This document shows positions 1-12,480 of a stretch of 64,000 bases of DNA, piece after piece. The DNA is from Raillietiella orientalis (Eukaryota). Both the position numbers and the translations under genes were made by a program. The first letter of the stretch is position 1. Each line of letters begins with the position of its first letter. The notes under the pieces were generated by a model that saw nothing but the letters and a program-made list of their open reading frames with translations, was not told where the DNA came from and did no database searches. The stretch spans positions 2,046,001 through 2,110,000 of the forward strand of contig JAYWIR010000008.1 of the NCBI GenBank assembly GCA_036172245.1. The letters run 5' to 3'.

Positions 1-3000
1 TCCCCATGGTCGCCACGGCATCCGCCGGGGGCTGCAACGTGCCCCCGCAGAAGCGTTCCGCACGGCAGGTCGTCGATGGCCCCACTCCCGAGGAGCCGCA
101 GGGCACCTCCAGGAAGTCGGTTGGGCAGTTGGTGCCCGCCATGAAGTTGTTCGATCCGGCGTAGATCATGTCGGAGGTCGGCATCGAACCGGTGGCCAGG
201 ATGAAGTACAGCGAGAAGGACCCGGACTTGGAGTTGGTGTTGCACTGGGTCAGGCAGACGGAGCAGAACCCGGACTCGGTGCGCATGCACATGGAGTAGT
301 CCTGGAGCGCCAGGTGGCGCCCTTGGTTCTGAGGGAGCCAGTTGAAGCTCCAGATCGTCCCCGTGGAAGACATGAAGTACTGGAGACAGCCGTCGGGAGC
401 TGAAAGGAATCGCTCTTGTTGGGCGCGCTGAGTTCGCACCTCTCTCTTCTGACCTGCGCATGCCCTACGGCCCGCCCGCATTCCGGGACCTCGGAGGGAA
501 CAATCCGCCTCACTCTGAGCCAGCTTCGGCGTTCCCGGAAAGGGAGGCGGCAGTTCTGCTCTCCTTCGCATTCACGACTCCCTCTTTCACTTCCACTTCC
601 CCCAGACCGAGGTACTCTTCTCCCTCCCCTTTCTGTCTCTCCCCCCGTCTCTCTCCCCCAGAGGGTCTTAGGCGTCCGTGCGACTCCCATGGCGTTCTGG
701 AGGCGATGTGAACTTTAGGACCACTCGGGATCATTCTCAGGGAACCACCCCATCGCTGGGAGGAGGTAGGGCTCAGAACCAGAAGCCGGGAACTCTCATC
801 CTGGGTCCCTCGGGTGAGGTTCGTCACGAAAGATGCCAGATCCACCATCAGGTCCGGGGCGCCGTTTTCCAGCGGTTTCTCCGCTTTTCCTGCACCTATC
901 GTGAAGAAGCACCTATCGGAGGACTCAGACGCCTTCCGAGGTCATAAACGAGGCTCCAGGAGTCGACGCCCTCTCCGGGACGCTTCGAAGATGCGAGCCG
1001 ACCCCTTCCGTTTCCAAGCTTCTCATCTTCAGTGTAATCGAGGCTCGCCGTCTTCCAGGTGGCTTGCAAATACTGCCACCTGGAAGGCTCAGTTTGTCTC
1101 TCTCTTCAGCCACCATAGTCCCGCCGTTGGCTCCATCTTCAGCTACCACGAGGGCGCCGCGACTCATCCCTTGCATGTGCAGCTGGGTTCCTTGGGACTC
1201 TTCGAAGCCGGGGGAGTGGAAGTGCGAAGAGATCCCAAGAGCGGAGCCCGGTTTTTGTGCTCCACCACTGATCGAGAGAATGGAATTTGTCGCTGGACTT
1301 TGGGATGCTGCTCCACCGCGTCCATGTCCCCTCCAGCTCAAGAAATTTCGCCTCCTCTGTCAGTGTGTTGGGTCAAATGCAGGTCGCTCGATGTCCGCGG
1401 CCTTTCCCATTGTAGGCGGTCAGTGGGTCCGCCGCATCAACATCGAGAGCCACAGGAAAGATTGTGAGAGAAGCATCCCGTCCAATGGCTAAACGCGTTG
1501 GCGGCTCCGCTGGACATTCCTCGGAGGATCTGCTTTCACGGAGGAGGGGAGGGGGGAATCCGGCTGCAGCGTCGCAGAAGCTCCGTCCGGAAAGGCTCTC
1601 CACTCCGACGCGCTGGATCTCGTGAGGCTGACAATACATCAGATGCGATTTGGGGATGCTGATCGATGCGATGGAAAACCAGCATCCTTTTCGGCTCCTC
1701 CGTTCCTTCGTCCTCCTCGACACAGAGAGACGGCGCGGCGCGAAAGCGGTAAGTTGCGTCCTTTTGCGGATTAGCGGTGGATCGTCTGTGGCTCCGGCGT
1801 CTCCATCTGAGGCAATGAGACGGCAGCAGCGTTCTTTAGGAGGAAGGATAACGAGCTGCGGACCCTCCTTGACTAGGTGTGGGACCTAATTCCACCTGTT
1901 GAAGCTCGCTGGGAGGGGGCTGGCCGGTGGCACCGCTGCTCGCGCATCGTCCCAGTCGCCACCCGTTCAGAGAGTCACCGTCGGTTCGCGGCTCCTCAAG
2001 ACGCAGGGGCACTCCTCACCAGCTCGTAAGCATTCCGGGGAGTTAATCTTCCCTGAGTCTAACACCCCCTTCGGGAAGGGGTGCCCCTTCACACGGACAG
2101 CCATGCGTGCGCGCGCACCGCGTTGCGCACAGCTGGCCAACCTCCCGCGCCATCATTCGGAAGGAAAACGAGAACCGGCGAAAAGTCTGCCTCTTCGACC
2201 CATTCTGTAAGCTGCGGGTCCTGCGATGCCAAGCGCGACCGCTGCATCCGACCGAGGGGAGAGCGGGGCTGTCGCACGAACTTGCCCTGCAGGTCTCGCA
2301 GAGTTCCCAGGAGGCAGTAAGCTCCACCAGAGCTTTCCTCCACCCTCTCAGGCAGGGGATTGATGCTTCTCGGATGCTTCAGGAAGAGTGCTCTAGAGAC
2401 CGACTTTGCTAGAAGGTTTCGTCTGACCCTAAGAATTGGGCGTCTGCACGCTGACAAGGGAATGACCATGCTGGCAAGGAGGAGGCTTGAAAACTCCGAC
2501 TGAGGAAGAAGGATGGAGAACTCGTCAACTCCTGGAAAACGGAAGAAGGCGGAGAGGGTGATGATGAGTGAGGAGAGAAGGAGATACAGACGCAGAGGAG
2601 GGCCTCCGTCACCGCTGGACAGTTTGCTTCGTATCCAGAGCAGGGGTCCTTTCTTCTCCCTAATCCTTTTCAGTCTCACAGAGAGTATCTGAGCCTGGAC
2701 TTCACTTGACCCCGCTCGAACTTCATGGATCTTCTGCGACCACACGTAGGCAAAGCGTCATCCTTCCCAATCTGCACATGACCCCTTCCCGCCATCCACA
2801 CCGAGCCGGGAGCGCAGCAGTCCCCCCATGGGGTCAGTGTAGACCCACGTGCCCCTTACCCAGGTAGTTGCTCCCGCAAGCCAGCTGGGTGACGATGATT
2901 CTCCAGGTCCTGATGCTGCTCGCCTCCACGGCGGTGATGGTAAGAGTCACCGGCGCGAAGTTGTAGCCGCTGTGCACGTATACTGGAATGCACCGGGCAA

Positions 3001-6000
3001 CCAATCAGAGAGCAGAAAGATGAGAGTCCGCCCCCCCTCAGAGGAGGAGGGAGGAAGAGAGTCCGGAGTGGCCCTGGGAAATCAGGGTTGAATCTGGCTG
3101 AGAACGGAGGAGGAGCGAGCTACGGGCGTGTCTGCGGGGAATCCCTCAAACCCAGGTTTCCTTCGACTCCCTACTGAGTTTGGAGGCGGCTGCAGTGACA
3201 GGAATAGGTGGGCAACCTCTCGGCAGAAGGCGTTCCAAAAGCAGTGCTCTTGGAACGTGAACGGGAGGGAAGAGCTGGCGTTCAAGGGACGTGGCCAGCA
3301 CGTGGGATCAGGAAGTGGAGGGGAAAGGAAGGATGGGCACGGGATGCCTGGTGGGGGAAAAGGTCATGCAGGGTGTACGGGTACGCGCGCGTCCGTGGGA
3401 ACGCTGGTAGAAGAACCCCGCGAAGGCATGCTCTCAAGGCTCCGCCCGTGTCTTTGACATGAGGCGGTGCTCCGAGGCAGGAAGAAGCCATTGAGAGGAA
3501 ACTCTTACTGTGCTGGTTGTTGTTATTGCCGCAGATCGGAGGAACAGAAGTGGTTGCTCCTCCCACCGAAAACCTGTCGTTCACACACTGACCTTGGGCG
3601 TTCGGCTGCTCGAGGATGAACTCCTCGAAGGTCAACCTGGAAAGCAGATGCTTGATGAAACCCCTGACTCAGGATGAGGGAAGATGAGGTCCTAAGAACA
3701 ACCTACATCCGAAGCAGGGAACCGGGCAGGCTGCTGGCCTTCGACTCAACGCAGGTGGAAAAAAAGAGAAAGAAAACAAAAAGAAGCAGAGCTCTCAGAG
3801 ATGGGCGTGGTCGATCTCCCCCTGCTACGACGGATCTATTCAGGGGTTGTCAGGCTGGCTGGATCGAGGGAGGTTCCCCGAGCGGAAAGCCACCCCTCTA
3901 TCGGACGAGTGTCCTTCCCGTAGTCCTCAGCAACTGTCCACGAGTTCAGGGGGTGGATGATGGGTGGCAAGGCGACCGTCGTCGCCCTGTTCGACCACGT
4001 CTCGACACCAGTTGGGAAGTCGGAAGAGGGTGTCCCCGGAGGCGGAAGGGACAGGAAGTGCCTGTCAGCGAAAAGTTCCTCTTCTTCGTCGGGAAGTTGA
4101 ATCAGGGGAAGGTTGAAAAGGTTACACTAGTGTCCCCGGGCCCTGAAGGAGGATGAGGCTATTCTTCTCCGAAGCGAGCTGTCGGCGCTTCCCCCAAGGC
4201 TGGTTCCGAGACAGCGGCCAGCCCTGAGAAGAACCCGTGCAACCTCCAGCACACGGCCTGTCAGCCGCACGAAGGGCAACATGGAGCTTGAGTCGTTGCC
4301 ACAGCCTGCACGGGAGCACCTACATGTAACGAGCCTCTGAGCGTGGGAGGACGCTCCGGGGATGGCCTGCGGTACCTGGAGCCAGCATAAGGCTCTCGGT
4401 CGACCCCTTTACCGATGCCGTGTCTCTTCCTTCCGTGGCCAGGAGCATTCCCGAGGGTTTTTTTCTTTCCCTCCAGTTCCTTTTGCTGGAGAGAGGTAAC
4501 CACGAGGTCACTCCGGAACGCCGTCGCTTCTCGCTGGCGAGCCTTGAGGGAGGCGGCGATTTCTCTCCTTTCCTGGCCTCGCCGAAGAGATCCCTCTGGA
4601 CGAGGACGTGAGGTCCTTGGCCAGGAAGGGAGATGCAGCCATAAAGAAGCGGAAGGACTAGGTCCGAAAGGGGAAGGAATCCACGTGGGGCAAGCAGGAA
4701 ACTGCATCGCGCAAGGGTTCGTCCGTGCTTCGGAGGAGTGGCGGCAGACAAACCCGTCCGCCTCCCTGCAACAGGGGGACGCCCTATCCGGGGAGGAGAA
4801 GCGCGGCAGTCGCTTCCGCCATCTCTCGGAAGTCTCGTCTGGTTCAGAGGCATCTCCTCTTTCGCAGGTTCTGGTCCGGCCGGGACTCCAGGAGTCCTTC
4901 CGTCGCTGCAGAAGAGGGCGGACGGGGCGGTCTCGGAGATTCGCGCTCGCACTGCGGAGGGGTGCGGAGGGACGGTTGGGAACATCCTGTTGGATCAAAG
5001 TGAGGAGGAAGAGGAATAGCCAGAGGTAACACAGAGGACTATGGATCAGAACCCGCGCCTCGAAGTGCCGTCGGGACCCGCGCGGTGGCTTCACCTAGCC
5101 GACTATCCACGGACGAGAGCAAAACCTGAAGGGCTGCACGCTACTCAAGAAATTCCCATGGAAACGCGACAGGAAGGGACTCGTAATGGACCGCCACCCG
5201 TCTTCTTAATCCGCTCTCGCTCGTCGCCCTGGAAGCGGGGGCGTCACGAGCTCTTTCTGGAGGCAAGAGGATGGACCGGTCTAGAAGAATGGGAGGAGCC
5301 GGACGGCAGCAGGCACCCGCCATGCCCCTGGTCTCCTCCGCATCGGGCGTCCAGGCAACAAGCCCAACGCCAGAACCGTGCGCCGAAGGCGCCGACCTCT
5401 CAAACTAAGGAAGAAGCCTAGGAAGAGAGCCGTGGGAGAGAGCGACTCCTCCTCTTCTCAGGACCTCCTGCCTGAAGATGGAGACAAGCCTGCGTCCGCG
5501 GAAGATCGCTGCCGTGGGGGCGAGGGGAGTGTGGGGCGCCTTCCGAGTTCCGGTCTCCTGGTGCCGGAGGTCGCTCCCGAACGCGGTGCTCGACCGCCTT
5601 CTTCCAATCCCATCCCGGGTACCTCGGTCCGGCGCTGCCTGCCAGGCAGAGCGGGGGAGGCTTCCGGCGCACGAGCTCACCTGGAGCTTTGTGTTTTGTC
5701 TTTCAGCAGCAGTTGTTTCCCCTCACGAGGTGCTGGTAGTGGTGGCGTAACGATGTGGTCTCATCATTCCAGGGTTATGATAGTAAAATGACGATCGTAG
5801 TGGTGATTGGCTGTTGCTGGTGTGCTCGTGATAGGGCAGTGGGGATGAGAGTGGCCGTGGGGGTGTGACCATGGGTTGGGGCAACGGCACTGGCGGGCTG
5901 GTGGAGATGATGGTGGTGTACGTGGTGGTGTTGTTTGCGGAGTGATATTGGCATGGTATCGCGGGGAGGAGGCAGCGGCTATTGGTCGGTCTTCGGAGAA

Positions 6001-9000
6001 GTGGGAGGGCTTTCGACCCGAGGCCGGCTGCTGAGTAAGTGGCGTGTGCGACCCTAGCGTGCAGCGGCGAGCGAGGCTGACCGAGACCAACACGGGAGAG
6101 GCGGAGGAATGGGGGCATCCCGCGCGAGGGACCTCGGCGCCGATGAGAGGCATCGGGATGCAGGCCTCTGACCCTCTTCCCCTCCCTCCCTCCTCCCCTG
6201 GCTACGTCACGCTCTGCCCAAGAGGCTCGCGGAGTCGAAGGGAGGTCGCGAGTTCTCTGCTTCTCTCCCCTTCGACTGGCGGCCATTACGGGGGTGGGTG
6301 GAAACTGACGGCAACCGACTCACCTGTATTGGCAGATGTTGGGCCTTGGCTTGAGGATGCTGAACTGGCAGGCTCCGCTCGCGTTCCTCAGCGTGTCAGG
6401 ACCGACGAAATAGGTGTTGTTGACCATTGTGTTCGAAGAGCACCCTCGAGCGACTGAAACGTTAGTTTGAGAGCAATGGGAGGTTCAGAGAGAAAGGCCG
6501 GAGTGGCCGGTGACTCCTCCGGGAAAGGGTCTCTGCCTGTCTTCTTTCCTCCCCCTCCGATCCCCTTCCCGCTCCTCCTTCCTTGAGGGGGGCCACGCTG
6601 CGACAGATAAGTTGCGCAGGCTGCCGCTAGCTGTCGAAATCTCCGAGGCCATCCTGTCGGAAGGACTGGATTGACAGAGCGCCAGCCTCAAGGAGAACAT
6701 GACAGTTGCGTGCAGCTTTCCACAGCCTTTCCCGCGACTCGATGAAGAGCCCGGGAGCTAAGGACCTCTGCGCAAGAAGACGCCAGAGAGAGGAAGGGGG
6801 ACAGGAGGGAGGGGAGGGATGAGCTGGTTGCGCGCAGGCCCTGGAAAGCAGACCATGAATTTCCAGCTGTGCGCGCGCGCGCTTCGCTCCCGGAGAGAGA
6901 GCGGGGGCGGATCCGCCGCCTCTCTGCGCCAGCTCGTTCGACGGCGGCGCGGACGGTCCGCCGAATGGGAAGACCGGAAAGAGGCGTGTGAAGGAGGAGA
7001 AGAGCGAGTGCTCAGAGGACCGACGTCCGCGAGGCGCACAGCGCGACCCGAGTGGCATCTCCGCCCACGCAGCATCGGAGAAGAGCAACCGAGCGTCTAA
7101 AAGGCAGCGGAGCGCGCCTCCTGCCTCCATCCGCACGAACTTCCTGGGGAGAACCAAGCGGGGAGCTAACTGACCTGATCTGACCAGATCGTGACGACGC
7201 GGAGGACGGATGGAACGCACCGCGGCAGGAACGGATTACCGGCGGAGGGAGACGAGGGGAAAGCTGCGAACGCCCACGAAGATGCACTTTGATCTTTCCC
7301 TCTCTCCTCCGAGCATGATTGGGAGGGAACGAGGGCTAAGAGCCGGAGAGGCAGGTCTGAGGGACGAAGGTGGTCCTCACGCACGGAGGCGCCACCTCGG
7401 AATCGCCTTCGCAGCCTCGGCGCGTGCGCGCGCAAGGGAAAAGCACGACACGGAAGCGCCCGAAGAAGAGAGCGAATGGCCACAGAGCTCCAGAGACATC
7501 TTGAGGCGGACATTGCGCATGCAGCCAGGGACTCCCGTTCGTCCGAGGGACGTTGTAGGCGGCGCCGGGAACATCAACTCGTCGCGGATCGTCAGAGACC
7601 AGCAGCGCTCCTCCCGCCGAAAGCCAAGAGCCTCCACGTCCTCGCGAACTGCACCGGGGGTCTCTGACGCGCCTGTTAGTGGGTGACTGCAGGTCCCAAG
7701 GAAGTCCTGGAGTCCGCACACTCCATTCCAGGGAGGAAGGAGATGAAGGGGAATTCCCCGCCCTCAGAGAGGAGGGAGACGTGCAACCCGTGGCGTTGCA
7801 CCTGGCCTTCACGCCGGATGCCTTCCTCCCTCTTTCCCTTTCCCTTTTTTCCCTGCAGGCTCGCGCGCTGCGCAGAAAGACGCGTCGAGATTCCAGCGGA
7901 GGGGTCGAAATCTTCCCAGGCAGTCGCCGCTCCGAAGAGCTCTGGGTCGCTCTCTTCGAGAGGGCAGGTAGGCTATTGGTCCTCCGACAGGAAGAAAGCG
8001 TTTCCGGAGAAGACTCGGAGAAGGCGGAGCCCACCGGAGTCAATCTCGCAGCGCGCTACCTTGCGGTCGTGGGACCCGTCCTTTTCGGAAAGGACGCCGC
8101 TGGCTGGCTGCTCCCCCGGGCGTTCGTTTGTTCGCGAGCCCCACGGTAACGCGACCTTTTCTCGCTCTCCGGAGGGAAGAGAGGAAAGGACCGTCGAAGG
8201 ATGCTCACCGTAGCAGCAGCTGCCGAACCCCCGTGCGCAGGGTCCGTTGGCCATCCCTCCGAAGCCGAGGCATTGCTTGGACGTGTAGCAGGTCCCGCTG
8301 CGGCCGTTGCTTCCCACGCACATCAGGTTCTCGAACCGGAACAGCGTGAAGAGGGCGACTGGAAGACAATGGGGAAGGCGGGAGGTGAGCATCGGGGAGG
8401 TCTGGTGCGCGCGCGCACGGAGGGCAGACGTGGAGGACGACCCCTCGGTTGCCAGAGCGAGCGGGGAGCCCGAAAAGTTGGACTTCCGAGCGTCCTTGCA
8501 AGCGATTTTCGGGCGTTCTTTCCTCCTTCTTTTCCCCTCTTTCTTCCCCTTTCCGCGAACGCGCGTGGGTGAGAGTGCCTCTGATGAGGAGTATCCCCAC
8601 CACTCCAGCCGAGATCCTCGCTCGCCTCTAGGCCTATTTTCATCCTGGATGGTTGGGTGCCCTTGCTTCCCTCCCCTCCTCCCTTTACGACCTGGCCCCG
8701 GGAATGAAGAATGAGACCCCCTATCCGCAAACTCAGTTTCATAAGGCGAAAAATGTGCGGGTCCGGAGATGCCTCCAGAACTGCATCTTTCTGGATCTTC
8801 GACTCTCGTCTTCGGCAGGTCTCCACTGTGATACGCAAGCGCCTCCGCTGAGGTTTTCCTGCCGACGGGTCGAGGAGGGCGAATCCCCAGTGCATCCCGG
8901 GCGGCGCCCTCGGGACGACCCAGTGGCGGAGGGAAGCCACTCCGTGCTACGCCTCCGGCACGAGCAGCGGGAACCTACGGAGGAGTGGGTGGGTGGAGGG

Positions 9001-9534
9001 CCGTCCAACCCTTCGGAGGGTTGTAGCAGCCCCGCGCTGCAGAAAGGAGAGGAGATCGGGATGGGGATGCGCCACGTAGCAGCATGTCGCTTTGCGACCC
9101 GGATCCCCGCGTCATTCCTCCCACCCCCTTATTCCGAATCTCGGATGGTCCCCGCGCAGGCACGTTCGGCTCAAGGCGGAAACGAGCGACTCCTTCAGAG
9201 GTCGCGGCCGCGGGCGTCTCCAAACTCCGGTCTGGAGGCTGAAGGACCAGCAAAAGCGATCGTAAGCCCCAACGGGAGCACTCCCTCTCGCGTGGAAGGG
9301 TGGTGCTCACACGTGCAAAGGGAACGAACACCGTAGTGTTTCTCTCCGCGCGTCTCGGCCTATGACAGATAAAGCAAGAGTGAAGACGAATTGCTCACAT
9401 CTGGGTGACGCGGCCTTGCCAGGTTCCGTGAGATTGGCCGGTCCTGCTTCACCGTATCCCAGCAACACTCCGGAGCCAGCCCAGAGGAGCGAAACGAGCA
9501 GGCTCAAGCTTCTTTCCTCGAGGAGGCGAGGCAT
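1..9534 (-). CDS. Secreted arthropod-type CUB-domain protein (N-terminal Cys-rich module + CUB + CUB_2-like); 3' end lies beyond the left edge
   Basis: Exons (minus): 9534-9399, 8358-8209, 6453-6324, 3636-3509, 2982-2860, 399-<1. All introns are GT-AG with consistent phases (1,1,2,1,1). The protein has a signal-peptide-like start (MPRLLEERSLSLLVSLLWAGSGVLLG), then FRFENLMC..GTCYTSKQC..GPCARGFGSCC, NNTYF..CQFSI..ICQYRLTFEEF..CVNDRF..PPICGNNNNQHIY, WRIIVTQLAC, APDGCLQYF..GTIWSFNW..HLALQDYSMCMRTESGFCSV, CPTDFLEVP, RFCGGTL. These motifs are typical of this arthropod family. Confidence 0.9.
850..2750 (+). mobile_element. Degraded non-LTR retrotransposon (CR1/Jockey-like ORF1 end and ORF2 APE endonuclease region) in intron 5 of the CUB gene
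   Basis: Frameshifted motif remnants in the expected order: LSVCWVKCRSL (cf. yxNARSl), QWLN (ETWL), LDIP..GGGEGG (GGGV), ETDFARR..DPKNW (NPKxFW), LRKKDGELVNS..KKAERV. Boundaries approximate. Confidence 0.4.
3850..5100 (-). mobile_element. Degraded LINE reverse-transcriptase fragment in intron 3 of the CUB gene
   Basis: Remnants resembling KAxGxDG (~4760), PxxW (~4685), GxxQG..lF (~4145-4100) and ADD (GDDGRL, ~3985), collinear on the minus strand but frameshifted. Confidence 0.35.
5732..5960. repeat. Degenerate (GGT/GAT)n low-complexity tract
   Basis: Runs such as ggtagtggtggcgtaacgatgtgg, gtagtggtgattgg and gatgatggtggtgtacgtggtggtg are visible directly. Confidence 0.7.
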
Positions 9535-10566
9535 CCTGCGGGAACTCGCCGAGAAGGGTCGGGGAGGCTGATAGCCAGCAGTGCACGCGTGTCACCACGT
9601 GGAAGGGACGTGCCGGACCTCGGAACGATACTGGAGGGGATGTGTACCGCGGACGGAGAGGCCTCGGGACCTCCGTTCGGTGTTTAAATAGTGGTCGATT
9701 CTTGGCACAGAGAAAGAAGAAGAAGGTTCGTGTCATCGAGGGGTCAGTTCTCATCCTATTTCGGACCTCCATTGTTTACGAAACCCCGCTGGACGCGTCG
9801 TCCTCGCGATCACCGGACTCGGAGAAGAGCGCTGTGAAAACAAACCGGCTGAGCATCGTCCAATCGGAAAGTCGCTGGAGCGAGGAGCCCACTTTCCGCA
9901 TTGCCCATTTCCCGCTCGAGTGTCTTGGACAGATCCTGCAATCCTTTGCAGGCGGTGCAATAAAATTTCACGGAGATTTGGCTGAGATTTTTCTCATCCT
10001 CTTTCTTCGTCTTCGCTATTTTTTTCTTTCTACTCGTTTCTTTGTGGATCTGTTCAACTGCGCTCTGTCGAGCGGGCTTAGATAAACACATGCAGGAGCA
10101 TAGTGGGGCTTGTGTTCTTTTTTTGTCCTCATCTGATCGCATCTCAAGGGCTGGGAGATAGCAGCCCGCAGGATAGATGGAGCAGGGATCCCGCAACTGG
10201 ACACCCCGCAAGCATGTGCTGTCCGAACGTTTGCCACGGGTCCTCGACCTCGGAAGCATCCGGGAGATGCGTCCTCGACCTTTCGGCGATTCCGAGGTGG
10301 AGCCTCCTTGAGGGAGGACCACCCTCTTCCCGAGACCTGCCTCCCTGGCTTCCAGGTTTTTTAGAGGAAGCGGCAGGACCAGAGAACGCCGCCCTCCTTC
10401 GCGGTGCTCATTCCGCGCTCAGCGAAGGAGGGCGAAGATAGCGGCGCGACCTTTCGGGAAGGAGAACTCGGAATTGGCGCCACTGCTACCCGTTCCGCAC
10501 TTGCTGGTCCCTCTTTAGCATCCCGGACTCCGTGCCGAAGTAGGTCGATAGCCTTCCAGAGGAATT

Positions 10567-11311
10567 GGGCCCGCGCTGACGGCCGTGTGGCTGCGGTCTC
10601 CGAGCGTGGCACCCTCACACAGTAGGGGATTCGAATCCTTACGTGGAGGATCGACGCAGAGAACGGGGGGTGCGTCAGGGGTTTCGAGTTCTTCCCCCGC
10701 AGACTGACGCTGATTGACCTGTAGACTCCGGGTGCGGATGTCCCCGTTGAGTGACCGGGATTGAGAGTCGACCTTCAGGTCCTTCCAGAAGCAGAATCAA
10801 CGAGTGCGGTTCCCTCCGGTTGTGCAAAGGAGCGGACCTCCCATTCCGGGGGGACCCTCCGTGGATTAGGTGTGTCGCCACCTATCCAGAGAGTGCAGAG
10901 AAACGAGCTGATCCCTTCGGGGAGCAACCCTTCAGAGAAATTGGGAAGCGTCCCCTCGGGGATCTCTCCGGAGGAGTAAACAGGAGCAGTTCCTTTGCGG
11001 GGTCCCTTCAGAGAAGACAAAATGGAGGGATCCCCTCAGTGAGTCCCTCCAAAGAGAATAATGATGGAGATTCCCTTTTGGGGTTCCCCTTCGGAGACCA
11101 CCAGTGTTCCCTTCAGGGATCCCTTCCCAAGCGTGAGAGGAACTTCATCTTCTGGAGTCCTTCTTGGATTCGTAGGGCGGACTCCTCCCTGAATACCCTC
11201 CTATCTTAAAGAATTACATGCACCCTCGGGTAGCGTGGAACCTTGTCAAAGAAGTGAGCCGCGAGGTGCGCGAAGGCTCTTGTGGTACTCAGCGAATCAA
11301 AAAAAAGAAAA
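10567..11311 (+). mobile_element. Near full-length copy of a tRNA-headed SINE
   Basis: A-box-like cggccgtgtgg and B-box-like ggattcgaatcc (~10627), plus a second gtttcgagtt (~10681). Shares the core ggtccttccag..aatcaa, has an internal ~39-41 bp repeat array (10912-11130) and an A-rich tail at 11299-11311. Homologous to 39299-39880 at both ends. Confidence 0.8.
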
Positions 11312-11319
11312 CCGGAAAA

Positions 11320-11460
11320 CGAACGGATGTCCACGTTGAGTGATCGGGATTAGAAGTTGACCCTTCGCGGTCCTTCCAGGAATCAAGGAGTCGATTCCCT
11401 TCGGGGTCTCCCTCTGGTTATGCAGATGGAGCTGCACCCCTGCTCCTTGGGGAGGGGACC
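11320..11460 (+). mobile_element. Partial copy of the same SINE family (core)
   Basis: cggatgtccacgttgagtgatcgggattagaagttgaccc..ggtccttccaggaatcaagg matches 10735-10800 and 39487-39547. Confidence 0.7.
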
Positions 11461-11479
11461 CTACACCGCGTACCATAGA

Positions 11480-12480
11480 GCTGAAGCTGGAGCAAGCCCT
11501 CGAGGGTATCAACTAGCTCAATACCCATCAGGTGGTCGCATCTGTAGAGTGTAAGAGACTCGCTGCTCCCTTGGGAGAGCTCCCCGAAGAAGGTCGAAGA
11601 GTCCCGTGCTTGGGCCACCGCTCCTCGTCCGTTTCTTCTTTGCACGCCTTCAACGACCTCTACCAACTTGCGGGCGCGCTTTCGGTTTGTGCCGCCATCT
11701 TGTCCGGGAGAGTCAGGTGGCCTGCAAACCCGAAAGCCCACGTCTTTCAGGAAGGAGGTAGGCAAGGAAGGTCTTCCTTGAGTCTCCCCCACTTCCGAAC
11801 TCCTCCTGGAAACAGGAGCTGAGGGCACGGGAGAAAGACATTGCAAAACGCGCTAGGGATGCTTCTTTGCTCCCCCAAGGAAACCCGAGTCGCTCCGACC
11901 GGCTCCATGTTGACCAGGACGGAACTGATCCACCGAAACGCTCGGGATCTTGGAGCCGACACCTCTCTTCCTGATCCGCCTTTTCTAGTCCCCGTTGGTT
12001 GGCTCCCTGCGGGCAACTCACCACCACCGGAAGTGAGAACATCTCCCCGCAGTCTTAGAAGACTCCATGATGGTCGGCAGCGTGTCTTCTTGTCCTGCTT
12101 CTGATCCGGGCGCAGCTGCAACTGGTTCCTCTTCTCGTTCCTAGGGAACGGTTCCGTCTTCACGGTGCTGAGCTCTGCTTCCAGCTCCACGAAGTGGAGA
12201 GAAGTTTCCTACTTGCTCAAGAACAGCTCTCCTCCGTTGCTCAGCAACGTCCTCTCTCTCAGCGGTTCGCTTCGGTGGTGGTGCTGTTTGGTGCCGTTTT
12301 GCTGGCAAACGGAGGAAGTTTCTCGCCGTCTTCTTGCTCTCCCATCCACATCGGTTGGGCACTTGTCCTGACTGGTCCACGCTGGACTCCTGAGCCAAGT
12401 GGGCAACACTTGGACGCACAGACGATGTGCTACATCAGGTGGGCAGTTGCCAAGGGAGCGCTTGTCTCCTGCTGCCTCTC
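11480..12480 (-). mobile_element. Degraded RTE-clade LINE, C-terminal RT region
   Basis: Remnants VAHLAQESS..KKT, LEQVGNFSPL (cf. lExVxxFxYLG) and WSLLRLRGD (cf. sLlYgxEtW) in the expected order; many frameshifts. Confidence 0.35.

Noticed and set aside
8575..8620. Hammerhead ribozyme at CTGATGAG (also minus-strand hits near 18365 and 32375)
   Set aside because: A stem follows, but the required GAAA and the stem I/III partners are missing.
10567..10700. Functional tRNA genes at the GGTTCGA-like motifs (also 28462, 38850, 39299)
   Set aside because: No complete cloverleaf could be formed; the heads run directly into a shared repeat body, so they are SINE heads.
10912..11130. CRISPR array (palindromic repeat + variable linker periodicity)
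   Set aside because: Repeats are degenerate, linkers are too short and similar to one another, there are no cas genes, the context is eukaryotic, and the array is internal to a dispersed poly(A)-tailed repeat.
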